Shown piece by piece: positions 51,643 through 62,348 of a DNA stretch of 64,000 nucleotides. Below the pieces are notes generated by a model, which had not been told where the DNA came from, did not search any database, and worked only from the letters and a program-made list of their open reading frames with translations. Source of the stretch: Cyanophora paradoxa CCMP329 (lineage: Eukaryota; Plantae; Glaucophyta); NCBI GenBank assembly GCA_004431415.1, contig QPMI01000291.1:1-64000 (forward strand). Reading direction: 5' to 3'. Numbering within the stretch: position 1 is the first letter of the stretch; every line of letters begins with the position of its first letter. The position numbers and the translations under genes were made by a program.

Positions 51643-54158
51643 ATGTATCAGCAGGGTTATGGCGGACAACCTGGCTACGGCCAGCAGCAGCAGTACGGTG
51701 GTGGCTACGGCGGTGCGCTTTGCTGCGCAGTCGCGCGCCTTCGATCGTCCCGCCGACGCCGACGCTCGCGCAGGAAGCGGCGTCGTCGCCGGCCCGTACG
51801 GTGCGGGCCCGATGCCGGAGCAGGGCGGCTACGGCGCCCCGGCGTACCCGCCGCACCAGCCCCGCGCCTACAACGAGGACCCCAAGGCGAAGCTCTACCA
51901 GCAGGGCGAGACGGTGCGTCGCCGCCGCCGCCGCGATTTCGCCTTCTTCCGCCCCGCGCCGACTCTCCTGCTCCGCGCAGGCTTACATCAGCCGCAACCG
52001 GTGGGCGGCGCCCCGCCCGCGACCGCGCGGGCCGCCCCTGACGGACGCGCGCGCGTACCCCCCGCAGCACGTGCCGCGACATCCTGTTTCTGATCCTCTT
52101 CATCGCCTTGTGCGCCGTACCCCCGTCCGGCCCGCCCGCCCCGCCCTCGCTGACGCCCCCCGCAGCTGGGCCGGCATGGGATTGTGCGCTCCGCGGGCCC
52201 GGGGGCGCGGCGCGTACCCCCCCGAGCCGCGGCGCCCTAACCGTCTACCCCCGCAGCGTTGCCTTCTTCGCCTTCAAGTACGGCGACCCGACCCGGCTCG
52301 TGGCGCCCGTGACCGCCTCCGGCGAGATCTGCGGCGTCGGCAAGGCGCGCCCGCCTCGCCGCGCCCCCCGCCCCGCCTGCTCCCGCCCGACTAACGGGAC
52401 GCGCCGCGGCGCCCCCGCGCATGCAGATGTCGGCGTACCCCTCGCTCTACTGGCCCATGCCGACGCAGGTGGCGGAGATGATCGCGGCCGGCAACAAGGG
52501 CGTCTCGATCTGCGTGGCGAAGTGCCCGAAGCTCGCCGAGCCCTTCATCTCGGGCCCCGACGGCGCGGTCTCGGCGGCCCCCTCGATCTACGACACCCAG
52601 GAGATGCCCGGCCTCAAGCACTTCTGCGTGCCCACCAACACGGACGCCTTCACCGACGTCTTCCAGCGCATCAACCAGAAGGCGAGCGCGTCGCTCGCTT
52701 GCTGGGCTTCTTTTCAACTCTGACCCGCCCCGCCCCGCCGCGCAGTTCAGCGGCCTGGACGCGCAGCTCTCGTACGTCGTCTCCAACTGGAACGCCATCG
52801 CCGCCGGTGCTTTCCCGCGCCCCCCTTCGCTCGGCTCTGGGCTGACGCGGCGCGCAGCGGTCGGCATCGCGCTGGGCGCCTCGCTCGTGTGGCTCATCCT
52901 CATGCGCTTCGCCGCCGCCGTGATGGTCTGGATGACCGTCCTCATGGCCGTCCTCGTCGCCGTCGCCGCCACGATCCTCGCCTGGTACAAGGCCGGCTAC
53001 ATCTCGGTCCCCGCCGGCTTCAAGAACGTCGTCCTGGACAAGATCGACGCGTACGCCATCGACCACAAGCTCATGCTCGGCATCGCGATCGCCCTCACGA
53101 TCGTCACCGTCGTGCTGCTGCTCGTCGTCCTCGTCATGTTCACGCGCATCATGATCGCCGTCGGCATCGTCCGGGAGGCCTCGGCGGCCCTCGGCGACCT
53201 CCCCGGCCTCTTCGTCTTCCCGCTCCTCACCCTCGTACTCCTCCTCGTGCTCTGGGTCTACTGGCTCTCCGTCTTCGGCTACCTCGCCTCGGCCGGCGAG
53301 TGGAACATCAGCACGCTCTCGTACAACGCCTCCAACACGCTGCGCGGCCTCATCGCGTACCACTTCTTCGGGCTCCTCTGGACCGCCGTCCTCATCGAGG
53401 CGATCCAGGAGTGCACGATCGCCGGCGCCGTCGCCACCTGGTACTTCACCCGCGACAAGAAGTCGATCCCGTTCTTCACGGTGGGCCAGGCCTTTGGCCG
53501 CTCGGTGACCTACCACCTGGGCTCGCTCGCCCTGGGCTCGCTCCTCATCGCCGTCGTCAAGTTCATCCGCGCCGTGCTCGCCTACATCGAGCGCAAGTTC
53601 AAGGAGCTCCAGAACCCCGTCGTCAAGTACGTCTGCTGCTGCGTCCAGTGCTGCCTCTGGTGCGCGGCTTCTCAAATATACGTGCCTCTTAAGAAGTCTT
53701 ACTTAACTCTACTTTGCTTTAGGTGCTTCGAGAAGTTCCTCAAGTTCATCACGCGCAACGCGTACATCGAGATCGCGATCACGGGCAAGTCCTTCTGCTC
53801 GGCGGCCGCCGACGCCTTCGGCCTCCTCCTCCGCAACGTGCTCCGCGTGGCGGCCGTGGGCGTCATCAGCGACTTCCTCCTCTTCCTCGGCAAGCTGGCG
53901 GTCACCGTCGGCACCATGGCGGCCTGCGCGGCCATCATGACCAACGGCGGCAACCTCGCGACGGCGCCCATCCTCCCCATCATCCTCTGCGGCCTCATCG
54001 CGTACGGCGTCTCCTCGGCCTTCTTCACCATCTGCTCGATGGCCATCGACACGATCCTCTTCTGCTTCTGCGAGGACTGCGAGAAGCACGAGGCGACCGG
54101 CCAGTACTACATGCGCGAGTCCCTCCGCGACTTCATCGACTCGGCCTCCCGCAAGTGA
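51643..54158 (+). CDS. Choline transporter-like protein (CTL/SLC44/PNS1 family); multi-exon
   Basis: TCRDILFLILFI; YGDPTRL...GEICG; ICVAKCP; TIAGAVATWYF; YHLGSLALGSLLIA; CFEKFLKFITRNAYIEIAITGKSFCSAA; AIDTILFCFCEDCE. Confidence 0.95.
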
Positions 54159-55220
54159 GCGGCCTCAGGGCCTGGGCGGCCTGGTCCGCGGCTCGGCCGC
54201 TCGGCGGCTTAAGCTCCGGGCAAGCGCCGTGGCTCGCCGAGTCGCTGGGCCTCGGGGTGGGCGACGCCCGAGGCCCGCTCTGCTCTCAAGGTTTTTTCAT
54301 TGATATTGGTAGAGGTTGCACGTGTATATGTCGCGTCCAATTGCAACTGGTACGGTCACTCGTGTTCCGAGTCCGGTGTTACAGTGTGGACGTCGCACGG
54401 GCCGCCGATCCGCGGGCTCGAGGGCCGGGCCCGGGGCGGGGCAGCGGCTGTACATACGCGCACGTAGCGCAATGCGTGATCATGAGGGTATACGTACCCT
54501 CTAGCTCTGTAGCGAAATCTGGTCATGGGGTAGCATGCGCATTCAAGATCGACACCGTCGGACCCCTGCAATCAGCGGAGGGTACCCGCTGAGCCTCGGA
54601 TCTGGATCTCGGAGCATGGATCGAAGCGCGGAATTAATATTATAAGGAATCGCTAGCTTGTTTAATTTCATAGGAATACACCTAGGGAACGAGTCTAAGC
54701 TCAAGACCGCCCCAACACTAACGGAACACGATGCCATGATCATCGGATGAGAAACTCAAAAATGCATAGGGCGTGCATGGAGAAGCGCGCGGAAATACCG
54801 AACTGACCGTCGGACTGCAATACTGCACTGCGTGAGGCATACTCCTCAGGGCATACTGTACATAACGCACAAGAGAGGCGTAGCCCTGACCCGCCCGAGA
54901 TTCCAGCCTGGCAGCAAGCTCACATGCGAAATTAAAGATCTAGAACTAGATCAAAGAGATCCCTACGGTTACCTACGAACTGAAACCGAAACGCGAAGTT
55001 GAAGCTGAGTGCTTTTGAGCGAAAATCGATTCAAAAGTTGAGATCTAGATAGAAAAAGGCCGAAGCCTGAAGCCGTGGAAGTGTTGTGCGGAAAACCAAT
55101 AATAGTAACGAGGCGGCTTCCCATCCATAAGCGGGGGAGCCGAGACTCGATTTCGAAGCGAAGTGTTGTGCGTGCGTGACCGTGAGGGCTCCTCCAGGCT
55201 CGAGGGCTCCTCCAGGCTCC

Positions 55221-57210
55221 TCAGTGGTGTGAGTGGAGGGCGCGGTGGCCGAGCCAGACGGCGGCGCCGACGAGGACGGCACCGCCGAGGGCGTTGCCGA
55301 GGGAGGACCAGAGGAGGTTGTGGGCGAGGCCCGCCGCGGTGATCGCCCCGCCCGCCAGCATCCCCGCCGGCAGCGTGAACATGTTCTGCCGGCGCGCGCG
55401 AGGGCGCGAGGGCGTACGCGTGAGGCTTCGTTCGCGCTTGATAACGCTAGGCCCTACTGCGAGGCCGGGGGGGGGGGGGGGGGGGGGGGGGCGCACGGCG
55501 ACGGAGTGCTCGAAGCCGAGGAAGACGAAGGAGCAGACGGGGAGCCAGATCGTCGCCGCCTGCGCCGCGGCCGGGGAGGGAGCCCGTGAGGCGCGCACCC
55601 TGGGGGCGGGCCGGCCGAGGGCGGCGCTAGGCGTCGCTTCCTTGCTCCCCCCGATCGCTTGCCTACGCCTAGACGAGGGCGGGGAAGCGGGGGGGCGGGG
55701 GCGGGCCTTGGAGATCATGTCGCGCGAGGCGAGCGAGCCGTACGTCGCCGTGCACACCAGCCAGTTCGCCAGGATCCCCTGCGAAGAGAAGAGAACGCGC
55801 GCATCGGATCGCTGAGGAGAAGCTTGAGAAAGAAGAGGGGTACGGGACCTTGAAGAAGATGCGGGAGGCCGGCTGGAGGGCCTTCGCCTCCGCCACGTGC
55901 GCGAAGGCGTGGCCCACCGGGCCCGGCGCGAACATCCCCGCCGCGTTGCTGGGAGGGGGGTCAGGAGGAGGGGGCGGGGGCGAGGGAGGGGGAGGGTGGA
56001 GGGGGGTACGGGAGGTTACCAGAGCATCGCCATGAGGGCCGCGCCGACGAAGTTGCCGCACCACGAGACCGCCTGCGCGCGCGCGAGGTACCGCATCAGA
56101 AGGGGGATGGGGGAAGGAGGCGCGCGGGGGGTACGGGCGCGCCCAGCTGCGGGCAAGGTGGACCCAGGTGGTCTTCCCCTCGAGCGTCGACGTCGTCATG
56201 TACATCGTGTTCGTCGTGAACCTGGGTACAGAATAAGAAAGGAAAAGAAAAGGAAAGGGGGGTACGCGCACATCTCGACGCCGTAGACGAGGACGAGGAA
56301 GAGGCCGAAGGGGAAGAGGAGGGCGGAGATGGCCTTGGCGAGGCCGTACGAAAAGTCCGCGTCCGCGTGCGTCAGGTGGCCGAAGATCTGAAGAGAAGAG
56401 GAGCTCGGGTCAGCAGGGCAGGAGAAGTAGGTCTCTTGTTGAGAGAGGAGGCGCGCTGCGCGTGCTCACCGCAAGATTGAGTGTCATTGCGACGGCCTGC
56501 GCGGGGGCGGGAGGGCGGGCGGGCGGGAGGCGCTCAGGGAACGGGGAGGAGGCGGTGGAGGAGGGGGATGAGAAGAAGGGCAGGGGCGGGGGCGGACCAC
56601 GAAAGCGCCTGCCATCATCGAGAGAACGAAGACTGCGGCGATGGGCGGGCGGGGCGGGTAGCACGCGTCGGGTCGGGCGGGCGGGCAGGGGGATAGCCGG
56701 GCAAGCGCCGGCACCTCGCCAGTTGGGCATCTTGCTCTTCTTGACGCCGGCCTCGACCGCGTAGTTAAACATGTCCACGCCTGTGCGTACGCGCTTGCGT
56801 GAGCGGTGGGCGAGCCTCCCAGCTAGCCCCGTCGCGAGTCCCGCCCCCGGCGGGCTAGCTGTAGCGCGAGTGGCCTGCCCCTCACGGGCGAGCGCACCGA
56901 TCGGGGTCTTTTGGACTACGGGAACCGGCTGGTTATCCGTCCTCGGGGCGCCAGTCAGAGGGTTCACGTTCGGCGCCGGCCCCTCCGCCTGGGCGACGAG
57001 GAAGGGCCGGGAGAGTGGCGGGAGAAGGGTCGCAGCGCCCACGAGCCTCCTGCAGCTGCCGAAGAACGCGCGCTCGGGTGCGATCGCAGCCCGCACGATG
57101 GCGTGCGCCCGTCGGGCATCGCGCGACACTTGCGCGGGCCGGATGGCCGCGCCCTGCTGGAGCTGGACTCGCGAGGCCACGCCCGAGGGAAGAGTGACGA
57201 CGAACGCCAT
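55221..57210 (-). CDS. Formate/nitrite transporter (FNT, NAR1-like) with a plastid transit peptide; multi-exon
   Basis: N-terminal MAFVVTLPSGVASR...AFFG; FVLSMMAGAFV; LFPFGLFLVLVYGVEMFTTN; SWCGNFVG; GILANWLVC; FVFLGFEHSVANMF; SLGNALGGAVLVG. Confidence 0.93.
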
Positions 57211-57464
57211 CGAGCTGTATCAGCCGCACTGACAGCTTGCGCTAGCCTGGGGCTGACGTAGGCCTACTCGGGCGGGCTGCGGTCTCGCTAGCGGGCTCTA
57301 GATAGCTGCACGATGCTTCCCACGACGCCCTGACGCTGTGCCCGCGACAGATCCCGACCTTGCCTCTTGCCGCTTACCGCGAACTTAGAGCACTTCGTTC
57401 GCAAATCGCGCTGTATCCCCCCGCCAGCGAAAGCCTTGAATTCGAAGCGTCGACTCTCCGAACG

Positions 57465-57634
57465 CGCAAGCGGCGCAACATGTACGCGCATTCCGGCGCG
57501 TCGCGCGGCTTGCTCTCAGCTGCAGCGCTTAGCGCTAGCTCGCAAGCGGCGCAATATGTACGCCTATTCCGGCGCCGGCGCCCGGCGCGTCGCGCGGCTT
57601 GCTCTCGGCACTGCAAGCTTGAGCGCTAGCTCGC
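57465..57634. repeat. Diverged tandem duplication (~76-94 bp x2) upstream of the FNT gene
   Basis: cgcaagcggcgcaa(c/t)atgtacgc..attccggcgc...gtcgcgcggcttgctctc...agcgctagctcgc starts at 57465 and at 57541. Confidence 0.8.
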
Positions 57635-58280
57635 TCAAGATCTGCGCATGCGATGCGCGCGCGCCGCGGCGCGTGGGCCCAGGCCGCGCCGGCCGCGCGC
57701 GGCCGGGGGCCTGCGTATATGCATATGGGTACGTACCCCGCGGTCGCAGCCGGATCTGTCGACCCGCGGCCGGTACCCCTCAGGGGTCACCTCAGGGACC
57801 TGTACCCCTAGCCGGGCCGGGCCAGGCCTTCTGCGCCCCTGTACCCTTCTGGTACCCGGCCCCGCTCCTGATCACACACCCCCTCCGCAGGGGCCGGCGC
57901 CAAGAATAAGTATCTCTCTCATATAGAGAGCGATCGAGACACGAGGGAGGAAGGGGCAGGGGGCCAGCCGGCGCCTTCTGACGATCACGGGTCGTACCTG
58001 GAGTCGCCCCAGCGGACGCGAGTGGAGTATTACGCCATGGCTACATAAACGAAAAATCCCGAAATAATACAAATACATTCGAATTCCCCACGATATTCAG
58101 TAATACATACTTTTCATCGATAAATTCAATCGAGATATTCCCACTGACTCACTGATATCATCAATCATTTCATTAACCCCCTGACGATATTCAGTAACAA
58201 AAACAAAAAACTCACGCCATGGCTACAATTACATCTTTATCATCTTTATCGTATTTCATTTCCATTTCCCACTTATCGTT

Positions 58281-58577
58281 TTACTTCTCTTGCTTCTTTT
58301 TAGCTAATTTTCTTTGTAGTCTATCTCTCACAGATCCTTTAAAAGTTACATTTCCTTTATCACCAGGATCATTACTAAGTATCAAATTTTGGAATTCGAG
58401 TTTTAAAGATTGTAGCATCGATGGTCTTATTTCATTTACTGCATTGTAACCGAGTGTGTGTTGTAAGAACTCTTTAAAAAACTCATCAAACTTTTCCATT
58501 GTTCTATTTTCTTCTTTTTCAAGAAATTGAAACGTATATCGGCAAGCATCCTTTGCTTTGATACCTTGCGATGCCAT
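58281..58577 (-). CDS. Viral hypothetical protein (98 aa)
   Basis: ATG-initiated intronless ORF with AT-rich codon usage and a Lys-rich C-terminus. Confidence 0.5.
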   Translation of the reverse strand: MASQGIKAKDACRYTFQFLEKEENRTMEKFDEFFKEFLQHTLGYNAVNEIRPSMLQSLKLEFQNLILSNDPGDKGNVTFKGSVRDRLQRKLAKKKQEK

Positions 58578-58852
58578 CGTTACAACTACTTCTAATATCT
58601 GGTTTTAAATCTCATCATTTTTTGCACCTTCGCCAATAGCATATATACCCGTATATATACATCAGAACCTCCGTATATACCATCCCCGACAACTTCTGAT
58701 TTTTTCATTTTTTTTACTTTTTCGCATATGACGACATATACATATATACATCAGCGTCACCGACATATTCGGGGTCATCACATCGCGGCGAGTCCGAAAA
58801 CATATAGCATGCCACAAAGTAGTATTTTTTGCAATCCGACCAATAACAGTGA

Positions 58853-58970
58853 GGTTATCATAGTTCTTCCCGGGTTATCATAGTTTTTCCCCCATTGTAA
58901 CCGGACTTGCCCCCCCCATTGTAACCGACTTGCCCCCCATTGTAACCAACTTGCTCCCCCTTGTAACCAA
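58853..58970. repeat. Short tandem repeats in the viral terminal region (2x ~20 bp, then 4x ~21 bp)
   Basis: ggttatcatagtt(c/t)ttccc x2, then ccc(a/c)ttgtaacc..acttg x4. Confidence 0.85.
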
Positions 58971-59045
58971 TCGATACCCGGTTGATATTTGTTTGTCGAA
59001 AACAAAAAACCAAAAAAACGCAAAAACACCGGACAAAAAACGACC

Positions 59046-59114
59046 TTTGTGGACACCGGGGATACCGGGTTTGTGGACACCGGGGATACCGGGTTTGTGG
59101 ACACCGGGGATACC
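59046..59114. repeat. 24-bp perfect tandem repeat (~2.9 copies) in the viral terminal region
   Basis: tttgtggacaccggggataccggg starts at 59046, 59070 and 59094. Confidence 0.92.
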
Positions 59115-59333
59115 AGTTTTGTGGTTATTTTGTGGACAAAATGCAAAAAAACTAAAAAACAAACAAAAACGAAAAACGCGAAAAGACGAAGAAAACGGTT
59201 CCGAAAAACTACAAAAACTCGAAAAACAATCGAAACCGCCACGCAAACCGTCAAACCGCTGTATCTTTTCACCAACTCATCGCCTTGCAAAAACAAAAAT
59301 AGCGCCGGAATGCTCTCAAAAAGCGCTACAAGG

Positions 59334-60101
59334 CTACATCGTAACCGTAGTGCCCTCGCGCTGTATGCGAGCCAACCGTTCCTTCTTTTGCAGTGCCCGC
59401 CTCTTGCCGAACTTCCGAGTCATCTTTTTCAAGTCGTCTTCCGATAGAATCGCCCGGTCTGTGTAAAACTTAACGTCGTAGCCTTGCAGACCCACGCAGA
59501 CCACCTGATAACTATGACCCCATAGCCTATTCAATTCCTTAAAGTCTCTCTTACTGAGACCACCATTATATTCATCAAAAGCACAGTTAAACTCTTTTTC
59601 GTTCCCTAATATATTAAAGAAGACCACGAATTCGAGGTTGCGCCTAATTGTAGTGCTTACTGAGCACATGCGTTGTGAATTCACGATGAGGGATATCATA
59701 TAATGGCGTCCAGAGGTTACCAGCTTTTTCAAGACCATATTCGTCTCCATATTTAGCGAGGATCCAATCATGTCATCTAATATCAAAACTAAGCTGTTCT
59801 TTCTCTCTCCCTTTTCGATTCGTTTCTTTTGCATCCCGATGAGCTTCACCACAAGGTCATCGTTCCATTCCTCAAAGATATTATCGGTGTGTGTGATGTC
59901 TTGCCATTGACCAGTGAATGCGGTTGAACTAAAAACCACGACCTGATTGATTTGGTCGCGAAGCTCATACAGTAAATATTTCGCAAACGTAGTCTTACCA
60001 GTGTTACTACGTCCCCAGCAACCGATTCTTGTTGGTAAAACTATGTTCCTTGCAGGATCCAACTCAGGTATTTCATCCAGATTTATGGTTTCCTTATCCA
60101 T
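59334..60101 (-). CDS. A32-like (FtsK/HerA superfamily) viral genome-packaging ATPase
   Basis: Walker A GRSNTGKT, Walker B LVLILDDM, and the A32 signature TSGRHYMISLIVNSQ...IRRN. Confidence 0.95.
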   Translation of the reverse strand: MDKETINLDEIPELDPARNIVLPTRIGCWGRSNTGKTTFAKYLLYELRDQINQVVVFSSTAFTGQWQDITHTDNIFEEWNDDLVVKLIGMQKKRIEKGERKNSLVLILDDMIGSSLNMETNMVLKKLVTSGRHYMISLIVNSQRMCSVSTTIRRNLEFVVFFNILGNEKEFNCAFDEYNGGLSKRDFKELNRLWGHSYQVVCVGLQGYDVKFYTDRAILSEDDLKKMTRKFGKRRALQKKERLARIQREGTTVTM

Positions 60102-60146
60102 TACAGTAAAGATATAAAAAAACAGACAAAACGCGACACGCTACGC

Positions 60147-61370
60147 TTAGAAGTTGCTTACTTTGAGGGTTGACAGTTGATAGCCATTGATTACGAGGAC
60201 ATTGTGGCGAAGTGTGAAGATATCCACCACAACCGGGTTCGCATCAGTGCAGCCGTTAACTGTGAGGTTCATGTAGCTTGATGACGAGTTGAAAAAGTCC
60301 TGATAACCGAGAACCGAGTTGTGCAGCGAATCCTTGCCGGACTTGCTCAGAACAACACCATAAACGCTTCCCTCAGCGACTCCAACAGCGGCACCACCTG
60401 TGCTCGCACCCTTGTAGTGAGAGGGGATGTGGTTCACAGCGGAAAGGAAGCCCGAGATTGGCTTATTTGAAATATCGAGGGTGCGATTGTTGTGGTAAAT
60501 CTCGAAGTTGGTGATGTTGTAGGTTTCGCCCTTGCCATAGAAGCGAGAGTGGTTAACCGTTTTCAGATCCGCGTTCTTTCGGACTGTAAGCAGAACCGAG
60601 TGGACAAGTCCGCTTACATTAGCAAGCGAGACCTCAGTCGCAGTGTCGGCATCCGCCGTTTTCAGTGGGCGGGTTTGCTTGTGGAGAACCTCAGTAATTG
60701 GGATGCGAATGCCACCCTCCTCGTTTGCCATTTTAAGCAGTCGCTCCGCCTCATCAGAGGAGATGTTAACGAACTGACAAACGAGATGGCAATCGCTCAT
60801 AGCGATGGTAGCATTCTGAGCAAGTGTAACAACAGTCGAAGCCCGGAAATCGACCTCGATTTGGGGCATCTCGGCAAGTGCACAGAGAGGGAAGTAAGAG
60901 TCGTCCCACATTTGCGATGGGATCTTAACAATAAATTCACGAGAAGTGTTGTTAAGAACAATAGCGGCATCGTCCATGCCATAGGACGTGGCAAGAGCGC
61001 CGAGAGTGGAGGCATCGTTATCGATGATGGAATTTACAGTGATCCAGTCACCGGGTAACGTGAGTTTAAAACCACCATGGACGATTCGGACATTTTCAAT
61101 GAAGCTACTCGCACAGTTTGGAAGGGTCGCATTGGCACCACCACCACCAGTGAGTTTAAAGTAGAGGGAGAGACCGCTGAGTAGCTGTTTGCGAGGGAGG
61201 TCAAAGACCGCAGTAGAAGCAAAGCCAAAGGTGTTGCCACGAGGCTTGACTGTTTCGATGAATGGCTTATATTTCGGGTTGGCGCCAATGACCAGACCAG
61301 GGGATAGATATAATTCGCTCGAATTGGGGGTGACGAGAAGCTCTTTAAGAGTGGTTCCAGCGAGCGCCAT
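60147..61370 (-). CDS. Double jelly-roll major capsid protein (407 aa)
   Basis: FG...VFDLPRKQLLSGLSLYF; FIENVRIVHGG; FIVKIP...YFPLCAL...IEVDF; LVCQFVNISSDEAERL; C-terminal IFTLRHNVLVING. Size and adjacency to the A32 ATPase agree. Confidence 0.88.
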   Translation of the reverse strand: MALAGTTLKELLVTPNSSELYLSPGLVIGANPKYKPFIETVKPRGNTFGFASTAVFDLPRKQLLSGLSLYFKLTGGGGANATLPNCASSFIENVRIVHGGFKLTLPGDWITVNSIIDNDASTLGALATSYGMDDAAIVLNNTSREFIVKIPSQMWDDSYFPLCALAEMPQIEVDFRASTVVTLAQNATIAMSDCHLVCQFVNISSDEAERLLKMANEEGGIRIPITEVLHKQTRPLKTADADTATEVSLANVSGLVHSVLLTVRKNADLKTVNHSRFYGKGETYNITNFEIYHNNRTLDISNKPISGFLSAVNHIPSHYKGASTGGAAVGVAEGSVYGVVLSKSGKDSLHNSVLGYQDFFNSSSSYMNLTVNGCTDANPVVVDIFTLRHNVLVINGYQLSTLKVSNF

Positions 61371-61422
61371 TGTTTACTAATCGTGAACAAAATAATTTAT
61401 ACACGGATAGTAACGAACACAA
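61371..61422. promoter_or_regulatory. Putative bidirectional viral promoter between the MCP and penton genes
   Basis: 52-bp AT-rich gap with an inverted motif pair, TTACTAATCGTG (61374-61385) and CACGGATAGTAA (61402-61413), matching at 10/12 positions. Confidence 0.55.
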
Positions 61423-62319
61423 ATGGGAAAAATACTAATCAATATCGATTCCAGGGATCGCGAAGCTGATTCTACCAGTTCCGCGAATTTCCGCTATAAA
61501 CTTCCCTATCCTGTGAAGCGAGTCAAATCTTGCAGGATCACGAATTTCGAGCTATTTAATAATCTATACAACCTAACCGAAGATGGAAGCATTACCACAG
61601 TCACCTACGATAACATCAGTGCCCAGAAGACCCGGACAAACACCTTTAAAGCCGGAAACTACGACCCCACGAGCCTCGTTAATTACCTAAACGTTCTGAT
61701 TGGCACACAGCAGTATGCGCAGAATGGAGGAGGAACCTACACCCGCAAATTCAAAGTGTTCTACGACTCAAACACCATGAAACTGAGGATCCTTTCGAAT
61801 GAGGCGTTCGGTCTCCGGTTTGCCTCGCTTCCAGTGGCAAACTTTACAGGATTCCAGGTCGCTGACAAACTGTATTTAGGTGCAGTGTTGGCAGTGAACG
61901 AAACGTATGATGCACTCGTTTACACACACGAATTATATTCGGAGGTTCCCCTCGACCTTCTTTATTACTCATACATGTTGCTCCACATTGAGCAGCTACG
62001 AGGCACTGTGATCAGTCGCAACCCATCCGATTGCTACGCAATTGCAAAGATCATTCTCGACCAGCAAGTCGGAGCCCTGTTAAAATACGAGGGTTCCAAT
62101 GCGACTATGGTAGCATCTGACATGATCGACCGAGAGCTTGAATACCTCGACATCGCACTGAAATACTATAATGGGATTCAGGTCACCTTGCACAGCGATT
62201 GGAGCATGACGCTCGAAATCGTCACTGACGATGGTGGGAACAGAAACAAGAAAGACCTCAAAGCTATATTTGCCGATTTACAGGATCACCTCCTCCCATT
62301 CGATAGGTCATTTTCGTAA
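61423..62319 (+). CDS. Minor capsid protein (penton, single jelly-roll)
   Basis: N-terminal ILINIDSRDR...NFRYKLPYPVKRVKSCRI; GNY; YMLLHIEQL; AIAKI; C-terminal LEYLDIALKYYNG...DWSMTLEI, as in PLV/NCLDV pentons. Confidence 0.85.
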   Translation: MGKILINIDSRDREADSTSSANFRYKLPYPVKRVKSCRITNFELFNNLYNLTEDGSITTVTYDNISAQKTRTNTFKAGNYDPTSLVNYLNVLIGTQQYAQNGGGTYTRKFKVFYDSNTMKLRILSNEAFGLRFASLPVANFTGFQVADKLYLGAVLAVNETYDALVYTHELYSEVPLDLLYYSYMLLHIEQLRGTVISRNPSDCYAIAKIILDQQVGALLKYEGSNATMVASDMIDRELEYLDIALKYYNGIQVTLHSDWSMTLEIVTDDGGNRNKKDLKAIFADLQDHLLPFDRSFS

Positions 62320-62348
62320 ATTAATATCGCACCCTAAATTAAGAATCA

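Noticed and set aside
58778-59466. ORFs of 122-178 aa spanning the viral terminal repeats
   Set aside because: They are open only because of the 21/24-bp repeats and A/T skew; low-complexity products appear in several frames.
60492-61058. 188-aa ORF antisense to the MCP
   Set aside because: It is a shadow frame fully overlapping the capsid gene.
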